A stretch of 64,000 nt of DNA from Mustelus asterias. Its lineage: Eukaryota. Positions 49,745 to 61,074 of the stretch are shown here, in pieces. The stretch covers positions 806,001-870,000 of the forward strand of contig NW_027590123.1 in the NCBI RefSeq assembly GCF_964213995.1. The letters are read 5' to 3'. How positions within the stretch are numbered: position 1 is the first letter of the stretch; every line of letters begins with the position of its first letter. The translations under genes and the position numbers were made by a program. The notes under the pieces were generated by a model. That model made no database searches. It was not told the origin of the DNA and was given only the letters and a program-made list of their open reading frames with translations.

Positions 49745-50400
49745 TCACCCACTCTCTGCCCATTTTCCCCGACTCTCTGCGCTTTCCCCTGGCTCTCTGC
49801 TATTCTCTGTGGCTCCTTTCCCCTTTCACCCGGCTCTCCGCACTTCCACCTGGCTCTCTACACTTCCCTCCAGCTCTGTCCCCTCTCCCCCGGCTCCCTG
49901 CCCTTTCCCTCAGCTCCCTACCCTTTCCCCCGGCTCTTTGCCCGGTGTCCCTGCTCCCTATCCACTTTCCCCTTCCCCCTGGCTCTCTGCCCTTTCCCCC
50001 TGACTCTCTGCCTTTCCCCTTGACTCTCTACCCTTTCCTCTGGGCTATCTTGTCCTTTTCCTCGGCTCTCTGTCCTTTCCCCGGCCTCCCTGCCCTTTAT
50101 CCTGGCTCTCTCCTCTTTCCCTGGTTCTCTGCCCTTTCACCTGGCTCCCTGCCCTTTCTATTAGCTCTCTGCCCTTTCTTCTGGCTCTCTGCGCTTTCTC
50201 CTGACTCTCTGCCCTTTCCCGGCTCTCAGCCCTGTTGCCCGGCTGTGGGCCCATTCCCCAGGCTCTCTGCCCTCCCCCCCCCCCCCCCCCCCGGCTCTCT
50301 GCCCTTTAGCACGCCTCCTGTTCTCCCCGGCTCTTTCCCATTGTCCTTGGTCCTGAGCCCCCAGGGATTCCCCCCAGCTCTCCACATTCGCAGGGCAGCT
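49745..50400. repeat. ~20-bp tandem array (plus strand GGCTCTCTGCCCTTTCCCCT), about 30 units
   Basis: Direct inspection; strongly pyrimidine on plus, G/purine-rich on the Ig sense strand. Confidence 0.9.
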
Positions 50401-50469
50401 CCCACATTTGAACTCCAAACTGCCGCTTGAGATCTTTCTTCTCTCTCATCGCAGACCTCCACACACAGG

Positions 50470-51910
50470 TTTAGCGAGTGTGAGTGAGAGAATGTGAGTG
50501 CGTGCGGGTGAGTGATTGAAGGAGTGAGAGTGGATGAGTGATGGTGTGTGAGTGACGGAAGGTGGGTAAGTGAGGGTGAGTGAGTGAAGTTCTTTCAGTG
50601 AGGATGAGTGATTGAGGGTGAGTGAGTGAGTGTGGGTGAGGGTGAGAGAGCATGAGTAAATGATGGTGTGTGAGAGAGGGTGGGTGAGTGAAGGTAGCTT
50701 AATGTGTGAGTGAAGGTGGGTGAGTGAGTGTCGGTAAGAGAGAATGAATGAGGGTGAGTGAGTGAGGATGCGTGAAGGTTAGTGAAGGTGGGTGAGTGAG
50801 AGCGAGTGAATGAGGGTGAGGAGTGAATGTGACTTAGTAAGTGAGGGTGAGAGAGTGAGTGAGTCAGGGTGTGTTATTGAGGGTGGTGTGTGAGAGTGTG
50901 TGAGGGAGAATGAATGCGGATGGGTGGATGAGTGCAGGTGAGTGAGTAAAGGTGTTTGACTGAGGATGAGTGATTGAGGATCTGTGAGTTAGGGTGGGTG
51001 AACGTGAGTGATGGTGAATATGTGAGGGTGTGTGAGTGAATGTAGGTGCGTGAGTCTCAGTGAGTTTGAATGGGTCAGGTGGCGTATGTGAGAGAGAGAG
51101 GGTAATTGAGCTTGAGTGTGTGGGGGTGCGTCTGGGTGAGTGAGGGTGGGTAAGTGGGGAGAGGGTGAGTGAGTGAGGGTGAGTGAGAGTGATTGAGACT
51201 GGATGAGTGAGGGAGGGTAAGTGCGGTGAGTGAGAGTGATTGAGACTGGATGAGTGAAGGTGGGTAAGTGGACTGAGTGAGTGAGAGTGAGTGAGACTGG
51301 GTGAGTGAGGGCGGGTTAGTGGGATGAGTGAACGAAGGTGACTATGAGTGTTGGTGAGTGACTGAGGCTCTGAGTGAGTGACTGAGGGTTAGTGAGTGAG
51401 GTTGAGTGAGTGATAGCGTGTGAGTGTGGGTGACTGAGTGACAGTGAGTGAATGAGGGTGTGTGAGGGCGAGTGAGTGAGTGAGTGCTGGTGAGTGAATG
51501 AGGGTGTGAATGTGAGTGAATGAGGGTGAGTGAGTGAGGATGGGTGAGAGTGAGAGAGCGAATGTGTGTGAGTGATTTTGAGTGAGTGAGGGTGTGAGGG
51601 TGAGTGACTCAGGGTGAATGAGGATCAGTGAGTTTCTGAGGTTGAGTGCGTGAAATTGAGTGTGTGAAGTTGAGTGTGTGAGGTTGAGTGCGTGAAATTG
51701 AGTGTGTGAGGGTGGATGAGTGAGCAAGGGTGAGTGAGTTGGGATGAGTGAGTTGGGATGAGTGAGTTGGGATTTGTGAGTGGGGATGAATGAGTGAGAG
51801 TGTGTCAGCGAGGGAAGGTGGGTAAGTGAGGGTGAGTGAGTCAAGTTCTTTGAGTGAGGATGAGAGATTGAGGGTGAGTGAGGAAGTGTGGGTGAGGGTG
51901 AGAGAGTCAG
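50470..51910. repeat. (GAGT/GAGGGT)n degenerate satellite
   Basis: Direct inspection. Confidence 0.92.
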
Positions 51911-52483
51911 TGGGCCACCTCCACCTCTTCCTCTCCATCGATCTTTTCCCGATTCTCCACATTGATCAGCTTTCAGTAACAGGGATGTGTAAATCACCGG
52001 GCAGCTGCTTTAATGTCGGTGTCTTTCTTTAAGAAACACGTACCAGTGAACAAATAGTCAGACTGAGGGAGCTGCAGGGAAGCTGACAGCAAAACTAGGA
52101 TGGGTCGCACAGGAATCAACCAGTATTGGGAGCCAGGCGGCCTTGGTCTCAGCCAATTCCCTTCTTATTTTTTGGGTTTTTGTGTCCGGTGTAACACATG
52201 GAAATTCCTACTTCTGACCTCATGTTGGAGGGAATGTCACTGTTGAAGCAGTAGAAGATTGTTGGTCCCGAAACAATCCCCTGCCGAAATCCTGCAGTGA
52301 AATCTGAACTTAGATGTTTGACCTCCAACCACCAATACCATGTTGCTTTGTGCTAAGTATGACTCCAAACAGAGAAGAATTTCCCGCCGATTCTTATTGA
52401 CTAGTTTTACTCGGGCCCCTTGATCCCACCCTCATTCAAATGCTACCGGGGTGGGGGGCGTATCGGGGTGGGGGGGGGGGGTG

Positions 52484-52800
52484 CGGTGGCGGTGGCACAG
52501 TGATTAGCGCTGCTGCCTCAGAGTTGGATTCCCGACTTGGGTCACTGTCTGTGTGGAGTTTGCAAGTTCCCCCCGTGTCTGTTTGGGTTTCCTTCGGGTG
52601 CGCCTGTTTCCTCCCACAGTCCAAAGATGTGTGGGTTCGGTGGATTGGCCGTGCTAAATTGCCCCTTTGTGTCAGGGGGACTAGTTAGGGTAGATACATG
52701 TGGTTATGGGGATAGGGCTTTGGTGGGATTGCTATTGGTGCAGACTCGATGGGCTGAATGGCCTCCTTCTGCACTGTAGCATCCTATGATTCTACTCTAT
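52484..52800 (+). mobile_element. HE1-type SINE
   Basis: GGTGGCACAGTGATTAGCGCTGCTGCCTCA head and conserved core. Confidence 0.8.
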
Positions 52801-52822
52801 GGTGTCAAGGACAGACACTCTG

Positions 52823-52993
52823 NNNNNNNNNNNNNNNNNNNNNNNNNNNNNNNNNNNNNNNNNNNNNNNNNNNNNNNNNNNNNNNNNNNNNNNNNNNNNN
52901 NNNNNNNNNNNNNNNNNNNNNNNNNNNNNNNNNNNNNNNNNNNNNNNNNNNNNNNNNNNNNNNNNNNNNNNNNNNNNNNNNNNNNNNNNNNNN
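52823..52993. other. Assembly gap (N run)
   Basis: Run of N; the true J-C intron length is uncertain. Confidence 1.
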
Positions 52994-54940
52994 TGATAGA
53001 ATGCGTTTGCACGTGTGTGAGACAGTGGACTGTGCGTGCAAGAGGAGAGAGTGTGCGTGAGAGAAAGGATGTGTGAGATAATGTGTGTGTGTGAGACAGA
53101 ATGTGTGTTTGAAGAGTTATTCTTTGTGTGTGACAGTGTGTCTCTTCTTGAAAATGTATGTGTGTGGAGGGGCGGGGAGAGTGTGTGTGGGGAGTCTGTG
53201 TGAAAGAGTACTTCTGTGTGTGAGTGTGTGTATGTTGATGTGAAAAGGAGTGTATCTATTTGAGATACACGATGTCTGTGAAAGAGAGTGTGTGTGCTTG
53301 AGGGAGGGTGTGTGTGTGGGAGAGTGTTGTGTTCATGTGAAAGACAGTGTGTGTGAGAGGGAGTGCCTATTGGAAAGCAAAATAATATGTTCATCAGTGT
53401 GTGAAACTGTGCATGGGATGGCGTGTGAGTGCGAAAGATGTGTACAATGTGTGTGGGAGATAGAAGCAATGTGGGGTGTTTGAGTGTATGTGTGTGTGTG
53501 TGTGGAGGGGCGGGGAGAGTGTGTGTGAGCGAGAAAAAGTGTGAAACTTAGACAGAATGGATGCGTGAGTGTGTGTGAGTGAAATGACTGTTGAGAGAAC
53601 ATGTGTCTGTGATAGGTGGAGTGTTTAAAGAGCGATACATTGTATATACATGTGTGTTCGAGTGTAAGAGAAGGAGAGACTGTGTGAGAGATTGTGTGCG
53701 TGTGAAAGAGAGGGTGTTTGTGAGAGACAGGGTTTGAGAGCAAGATTGTGCATGTGAGACAATGTGTAAGGGGGAGGGTCGGGATGGCGACCTCCTCGTG
53801 AACCTGCTCCTGGGCCTGGCGAAACGCGCCATTTACCGGTCCAGGCTGCGGGCGATCGAGGGGGCCGTCCATCCTGACTGTCTTCCCCTCTACCGCGGCT
53901 ACGGTCGCGGCCAGGTGTCCCTGGAGAGGGAGCATGCGGTGTCCACGGGCGAGGTTGACGCTTTCCGCGCCCGCTGGGCACCGCAGGGGTTGGGGTGCAT
54001 TATTGGCCCTAATAATCACATTTTAATTTGATGTTTTTAAGTTTCCTTTGTACTTTGATTTCTGTTCGGGCTGTTCCCCCTCCTTTTTGGGGAGCTGCCC
54101 CTTTTACTTTGTCCTGATTTAATCTGAGTTTGTTTACTTGGTTTGGTTTGACCTAAAAAGAGGACAATGTGTAAGGGAGTGAGCGTGTGAAATAGAGAGA
54201 AATATGTGCCTGTGTGAGAGAATACATGTGCAAGTGTTCGTATGAGTGAGAGAGGGCATCGGAATGTGTGTGAGACGAAGTGAGAGTGTACGGAAGAGGG
54301 AATGTGAGAGGCATAGTGCATGTGTGTGTGAGAGAGCGAATGTGTGCGCGAGACTGTGCTTATGGGAGAGACTGTGTCTGTGTGTAAGAGTGTGTGTTAG
54401 AGTGTGTGCATGTTCTATGTTTGTGAGAGAGTGATTGTGAGAGAGCCAGTGTGTGAGAGCAAGAATGTAGAGGTGTGAGATAGTGTGCGCAAGAGAAATA
54501 GAAATATGTGCGTGTGTGTGTGTGTGAGAGAGAAAGAGATGCGTGTGCGAGAGGAATTGTGAGAGAGCGTGTGGAGAAATGTGAGACAGCTTGAGCGTGT
54601 GTGACAGAGAGTGGGAGAGAGTCCATGTGAGAGTGCGTGCGCGAGAGTGTGAGACTGTGCTGATGTGAGAGTGTGTGTCTGTGTATAAGAGAAAATGGGT
54701 GGGTGTGTGGGGATGTGAGCGCTTTTGTGGATGGGGATGTGAGAGATTGATGGAGAGAGCGAGACGATGTATGTATTTGTATTGAGAGAGTGTATGTGTA
54801 ACGTGAGAGAGAGAATGTGTATGGGTGTGTAAGAGAGACCGTATGAGAGAGAAAGTAAGTGTGAGTATGTATGTGTGTGTGTGTGCATGTGTGAGAGAAT
54901 ATGAGAGTATTTATGTGTGTGAGAGTGTGTGATGTGTATA
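52994..54940. repeat. Degenerate (GT/GA)n tract
   Basis: Direct inspection. Confidence 0.9.
53773..54162 (+). mobile_element. 5'-truncated Tx1-like non-LTR retrotransposon with 15-bp TSD
   Basis: GC/CpG-rich; LLVNLLLGLAKRAIYRSR..FRARW C-terminus; GACAATGTGTAAGGG at 53758-53772 and 54163-54177. Confidence 0.8.
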
Positions 54941-55079
54941 AGTCTCTATTTGGCTGATTCAGTCTGGAAAAGCACACTCACTCCACACATACTCACCCAT
55001 TCACACAGTAAGTGGAAGTGACAAGTGAGCACAATACGGAGCGCGGGCTAAGGGTTGGAAAAACATTTAAATCTTTCGC

Positions 55080-55560
55080 AATCAGTCGCAATTGAATAAT
55101 TCACCCTACTCAATGAGGGAAACCTGTAAAAACTCAAGAAATATGACACAATCCAGGGCAAAGCCACCCACAAGATTATCCGCCCCCTCATTCACCCTAT
55201 TCGCTCTCTCCATCACTAACAAGCAGTGACAGCAGTGTGTGTTATATACAAGATGCACTGCAGCAACTCACCAAGGCTCCATAGTAAACACTGTCCAAAC
55301 CCGTTGCCTTTATATCCTAACAGGATAAGGGCAGCAGCCACATATGAAGACTACCACCTGCAAGCTCCCCTCCAAGACACACACCATCCTGACTTGAAAC
55401 AATACCTCAGTTCCTTCTGGGTCAAAATCCTGGAACTTCCACCTAACAGCACGGCGGATGCCTGCAGCATATGGATTGCAGTTATTCAAGGATGCTTTAT
55501 ATCAACACTTTCTCAAGGAACAATTATTGATGATTAAAACTTCTGGCCGAGCAAATGACT
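55080..55560 (+). mobile_element. Old LINE 3' fragment (CR1/L2 group)
   Basis: AVCVIYKMHCSNSPRL..GSKSWNFH remnant. Confidence 0.6.
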
Positions 55561-58500
55561 CTAAAATGGGTTTAGAAGATTAAAAATAAGATGCAAATGA
55601 ATTTGACCCTTCAACTGTCATACCAAACAGGTCATGGACTGCTTTACTACGGAGCACAATATAGTAAATCTCACTTTGCATTTGCTCATCGAACATTCCC
55701 AAGGCCGGTACATCACTGGTTAAAAATCATCCAAATCTCCCTCTACAATCTGACGTTTCTGCTCTCTCTGATGGTCACAATATGCTTTAGGGATCTCATT
55801 TCTGAGACGCCGAGCCAAACATCAAGTCAAACTGTCACATTTCTCACAGATACAAGTTTATTGAAGAAATAAATCAAATTTCACTCCCTGAAATACAGCA
55901 GAAGGAACCAGAAGTTTTACAACCAGTCAGGCAGATTCCTGGTCCCAACACAGTGACCACGCGCGCAGAAACAGAACAGACACAAACGGTGCAACAATCG
56001 ATTTCCCAGCAGATGGGTATGATCAATCTGTCAATTTAATTCAAACTGTTTGATTCTAATTGATCAATGATCAATTTGCAACAGAAAATCAATAACCTCT
56101 TTTAAATAAAACTGATATTCATTTCAAAACTCCTGTCGATTTTAAATTAAGTCTCTCTGTCTGTCTCACTTCTCGAAAACTATGTAAAAATGTAATTTCG
56201 CTGAAAATTAGGAATCAAAAATAACAGATTCAGGACAGTTCAATGTCCCCGACAGAGATACAGTGACACAGTAAGGATTAAATAAACCAATAAACATTTA
56301 CATTGAAAATCATTACCTGATTCGATCGAATTTCTTAATTAAATGTAATCAACAAAATATTCGAGATAAAACACCTTATCGAGCTAAGCATAGCTGATGA
56401 AAGAAAGGTTTTGTCTCTTAATTCATTTTCGATACAATTAAACATTCTCTGAAACGGATGATACTTTGCACGCCCGTGCATTATTCAAGGTATTTTGTTT
56501 TGAATTAATTAGCACCAATATTATATTTTGTTTTGTTAATTGCCGGTTACTTTTCCTGTTAGCTGATTTGTACTCCCTAATAAAATCAGTTTTCAATCAT
56601 TCAAAACTTTCCCTGCCTCGAACATTGTGAAGTAATTAGGTTCCAATTAAATCTTAAACAATAAACTTCAAATTACTGAATGGAAAAATTCAGACATCTG
56701 TAATTCATTTGCTTAAATCGAATAACATTGTCATGTTTTTTCATTTCCACTTTTACTCCAAATGCCTTATTATAACCTGCAAACGTGTTAAGAATGCATG
56801 TTTCTGAATTTGTATATACTGTAACGGCCTGGCAGTTTGAGGTCAATGAAGCTGCTTCCTAGATTTAATAATTTGGACCATCCATATAATTTAATTACTG
56901 AACATATTGTTTAAATTAAGAAGTTCTGAATTAAACAATGAAAAACACAATGAGGACAATTGATTCAAATCCTCTGCAACACTGAAACATGATGCACAAA
57001 ATAAGTCGAGACTTTTTCTTCAGTATAATATTTAATACTAATTAAACATAATGCTCAAATAGAATCAATTCTTCCATTCTGTCATTTATTCATCCAATAA
57101 TTCTATTCTATGTTCAGCAGTAATGGGAGACAGGATGTGATTATTAAATGCAGAGCAAATATTACTAATATAAAAATATTATAATATTATAAAAATTAAT
57201 TATTTGAATTTCAAGTATTAAATTGCAAATCTCTAGCCAGTTTCTGTTGACACCTTACGACAATTCAAACACCATTATATGAACAATTGTTTAGTGTTAG
57301 CGAATTCCACCTGTCAGAAAACTGTGTTCACTCTGTCACATTTATTTAAACTGCGGGATTCTAATTGATCAATTTTCAAACTACAACAAAAATCAATAAC
57401 TTCTTTTAAATTAAACTGATATTCATTTCAAAATTCCCTTCGACTTTTAACTATTTCTCCCTGTCTATCTCAAATTTCGAAAACTAGGCAAAAAAAATAT
57501 TTTTTTTCTGAAAATGAGCACATCAGATATAACAGATCCAGTGTAGTGTAATGTCCCTAACAGAGATACAGTGACGCCGTAAGAATTGTAATTCATGATT
57601 TACTTTAATCTGCAAGCATCAGTTAACATGAATAAAATGCTCAAATATATATTTGTTTTATTTTTTCCGATACCAGTTTGTTTTATCCTGACAAGGATGT
57701 TTAAACGCATTTTATTTTTTTCATTTAGCGAGACAAAGTGTAACCGCTCAGGATCACCGAGTTGAAACAATACAGAAACAATTGAGAAACACCAAACCAT
57801 TTCACAAATTTTGGGATGAGATTAGTGATTAATTACCTCTGCATCCAACTACAAATTACTTGGAAGGAATGCTGCGCCTGCACAGAAACAATGTAATAAT
57901 CGGGCACAAAAATTGCCAAATAGCGTTTTATTGCCAATTATTCTCCAAAACTCAGATTTAAGTGAATGCGAACTTCATCGGGGATATAACAATTAATGCA
58001 AAGTATCTTGTTGAACTGAGCGCTGCTGTGGAAACAGCATGTTATCATGGAAATAGTTTCTGGAATTATCACAAAATATTTCCAGCCGAGAAACCTTTCT
58101 GGTCATGTTAATTGTATGCAAAGCACAGCAGAACTATTAACGCCGATTAATGCGAAATGATATTAATGGAAAATAATCTTTTGTGAATATGTAGTTATGT
58201 TACCGATTAATAACAGTTTGATTTATATTAATTTTACTATCAAACTTGTTAACGAGAAGTTTCTTTTTGCAGCAACTACTTAGTGTCCGATTGAGCGTTG
58301 TAAGACATGATTTATTTTAATTTCTAAGTTAGTTAAAATTTATTAAAATGCTGTAATACCTTTATTTTATTTATTTCACAACCTGCTTATTTTCTCCCTA
58401 CAAGGATTTTCAAACTCATAGATTATTTGCATTTAACCAGAAAACGTGTAACCGCTCACTGCCACCGAGTTTAAACAATGCAGAAACACCAAAACATTTC

Positions 58501-59804
58501 ACACATTTTAAACATTCTTAGTGACCCAACAACAGAACCTCCTCAACAGAAACACACCAAAACACATCAATGAGGGAATGAATCCGTTTCACGGGGACGC
58601 AACTCAATTATCCATTCAACAAAATCAAAAATATGATTGCAAGGAAATCTCAATATTCAATCCGGCAAACCAGCTCGTCACCAAATATATGAATGATTGA
58701 ACTAAACAGAAATTTGGAATAAGAGCAATAGCATTGCGAGGAGGTGGAATATGTCCAACAAATTAAAATTGAAATTTTACCACATTCTATTCATATTGGG
58801 TCATATTTCAAACAGATTTCAAACATATTAAAATATTGGGTGGGTAAAAGCTGCAGCCGTCAGATGCCACCGAGGTTAAACATGGCATGTATCCCAAATT
58901 GTGAATGCTGTGGTAAACTATGTTTTGGACGAGTGGCATAAACCATGGTTTGGTTTAACCTGCAATTATCAGCTACGATTTAAAAAAATACAAATACAAT
59001 AAAGCCTGCCTGATTTCTGTCTGCAGGCACGCGTCAAGTAGTTTAAAACCCGCAGACTGTTTGTATTCAATCACAAAGTGTGTAACAGCTCAGTGTCACC
59101 GAGTGGAAACAATGCAGAATCTCCGAACCATTTCACAAATTTTACTTATTCAAAGTCACCCAGCCAGACAACCTCCTCACCAGAAACACGCAGCACTGAG
59201 GGACTGAACCCCGGTTCATGCAGAAGCAGCTCAATTCTACAAACAGTTGCAACAGAATCAAATTTCACATTGGCAGAAAATCTCAATTTAAAATCCAGCC
59301 AATCTGACCATCACCAAAGCAACTAATGATTAAAATAAGCACAACAATGAGATAACAAAACCAGATTGTGATTAAGCGGAACATGTTCGCAACATTAAAG
59401 TAGAAACTTTAACACATTTTGTTAATATTGGGTTAGATTTCAAACACTTGTGCAGTAGATGGTGCAACTCGCAGCCACTAGATGTCACCGAGATTAAACA
59501 TTGAAGAAACGCCGAACTGTTTAACAAAAGGAATGCATTTAAAGTAACCCAGCCACACAATGTCCTCAGCAGATAAACACCAAATCACAACAAGAGACTG
59601 AATCACTCAGTATCGCCTTTTGTCAATTAACAGTAGAATTCTATAACCCCCATTTTAAGCAGGATCACATGAAACATTGTAAAGATTTTCAGCACAGAAT
59701 CCACCAAACCACATTACATTGAACGAATGAATTAATAAAATCGAGAAAAAGTACAAAACAAAAACTCAAATAAAACACTGACTAAATAAATGCATGGTTC
59801 TTAC

Positions 59805-59852
59805 CTGCAGTCACCGTCACCATGGTCCCTTGTCCCCAGTAGCCCATGGCGT
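59805..59852 (-). CDS. IGHJ: JH segment (AMGYWGQGTMVTVTA)
   Basis: WGxG motif; phase-1 donor G|GTAAGA. Confidence 0.97.
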
Positions 59853-59891
59853 CACAGTGTCACATTCTCGAGGCTGGGTCATACAATAACC
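59853..59891 (+). other. JH 23-RSS
   Basis: CACAGTG + 23-nt spacer + ACAATAACC. Confidence 0.94.
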
Positions 59892-60218
59892 ATCTCTGCA
59901 CAAAATAGACAGAAATCCATCAGTATTTTAAAAATTCACAAGCCAGAGGGAAAGCAAATCACTGCATGTTCATGAAATTATTATTGCACTGGTGGATACC
60001 GTTCGCTCTTCGTAAATAACCTTAATGTTTTATATTTCATAGAGGATCACATGATCAAGTTACTGAAAACACCAACTGATAATCAAATAGTTATCATAAA
60101 TTTTCCATATTAATTCTCGCTATTTGTGTAGGGCTGGGACATAAATAATACAGCACTGTAAATAATGCTGGATTGGAAAACAGAGCACTGCCCCAGTCTC
60201 GGTCAATTAATGCTGAGG

Positions 60219-60286
60219 GGTTTGTGTATTGACAGTAACTGCTGTGCCACCCAGTTATCACAGTGAGACACAGCATGACAAATACT
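60219..60286 (-). other. D2 diversity segment (coding 60247-60258, ATAACTGGGTGG) flanked by two 12-RSS
   Basis: Plus-strand CACAGTG-12-ACAAATACT at 60259-60286; minus-strand CACAGCA-12-ACACAAACC at 60246-60219. Confidence 0.93.
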
Positions 60287-60584
60287 GTGCCCGACTGCTA
60301 ACTGTTTAATTTCACTGCTGTCTCAAAAATCTGATTCTGCCTCATCCACGAGCGAATGAGTGAGATATTTCAGCTTGTCCTGGTCATTGTATTTATAAAG
60401 GGGATCGGAATGCTTTTAAACTCTGTGTAGATTTAGCATATCGGTAAATATAGATTTTATGGGAAGATTTTTATACCTTTTCACAAACTAATATTACTTC
60501 CACACATTATTTCACTGAAGCCTCGTTTACTTTGAAACTCCTGCTGTGGTGCTGATCACCAATTTGAACAATCTCTTTCCATGA

Positions 60585-60664
60585 GGTTTTTGTATGAGGA
60601 TGTCGCTGTGCTCAGCACAGTGACCCACTGCTGTATCACAGTGACAGACACTCGCACAAAAACT
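60585..60664 (-). other. D1 diversity segment (coding 60623-60636, ATACAGCAGTGGGT) with 5' 12-RSS and 3' 22-RSS
   Basis: Plus-strand CACAGTG-12-ACAAAAACT at 60637-60664; minus-strand CACTGTG-22-ACAAAAACC at 60622-60585. Confidence 0.93.
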
Positions 60665-61035
60665 GCACTCAGTCTCTGTTCAGTACTGCCGCTCAATATT
60701 CACTTCAAGTAGACCATTATTTCGATGTAATTTACAATTTATGCAGCAGTTCACAAAACACAATCTAGAAACATCTCCTCCAAGTATCAGAAATATTAAA
60801 ACGAGCATTATATCCAGGTGTGTAATTGCTGAAACTGTTAACAGTAAATATAAACAGAGTGAAAAGCTCAGCCCATTATGTCTGTGTGTTTTCTTGGTTT
60901 AATGTTTAATTTTCACTAAGTTGGGTTTGTCAGAAGCGGTTTGTGTTTTGGTTCTGGTCACTGTCGTTAATACTACATTTAAAACAAGCACTGACCTTCA
61001 GGTTATGATGGAAGTTGCTGAATTCCCTCTCGAGC

Positions 61036-61074
61036 TGTTCTTGTTCGGGTCCATCCCTAGTTCCTCTCGCTGTG
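61036..61074 (-). other. VH 23-RSS
   Basis: CACAGCG + 23-nt spacer + ACAAGAACA. Confidence 0.93.

Noticed and set aside
49642-50462. 262-aa Pro/Leu/Ser ORF and its antisense ORFs
   Set aside because: Products of the 20-bp pyrimidine array, intronic, with no splice or start context.
60585-60610. Alternative heptamer CACAGCG within the D1 3' spacer
   Set aside because: Only 10 nt from the nonamer, outside the 12 +/- 1 spacing.
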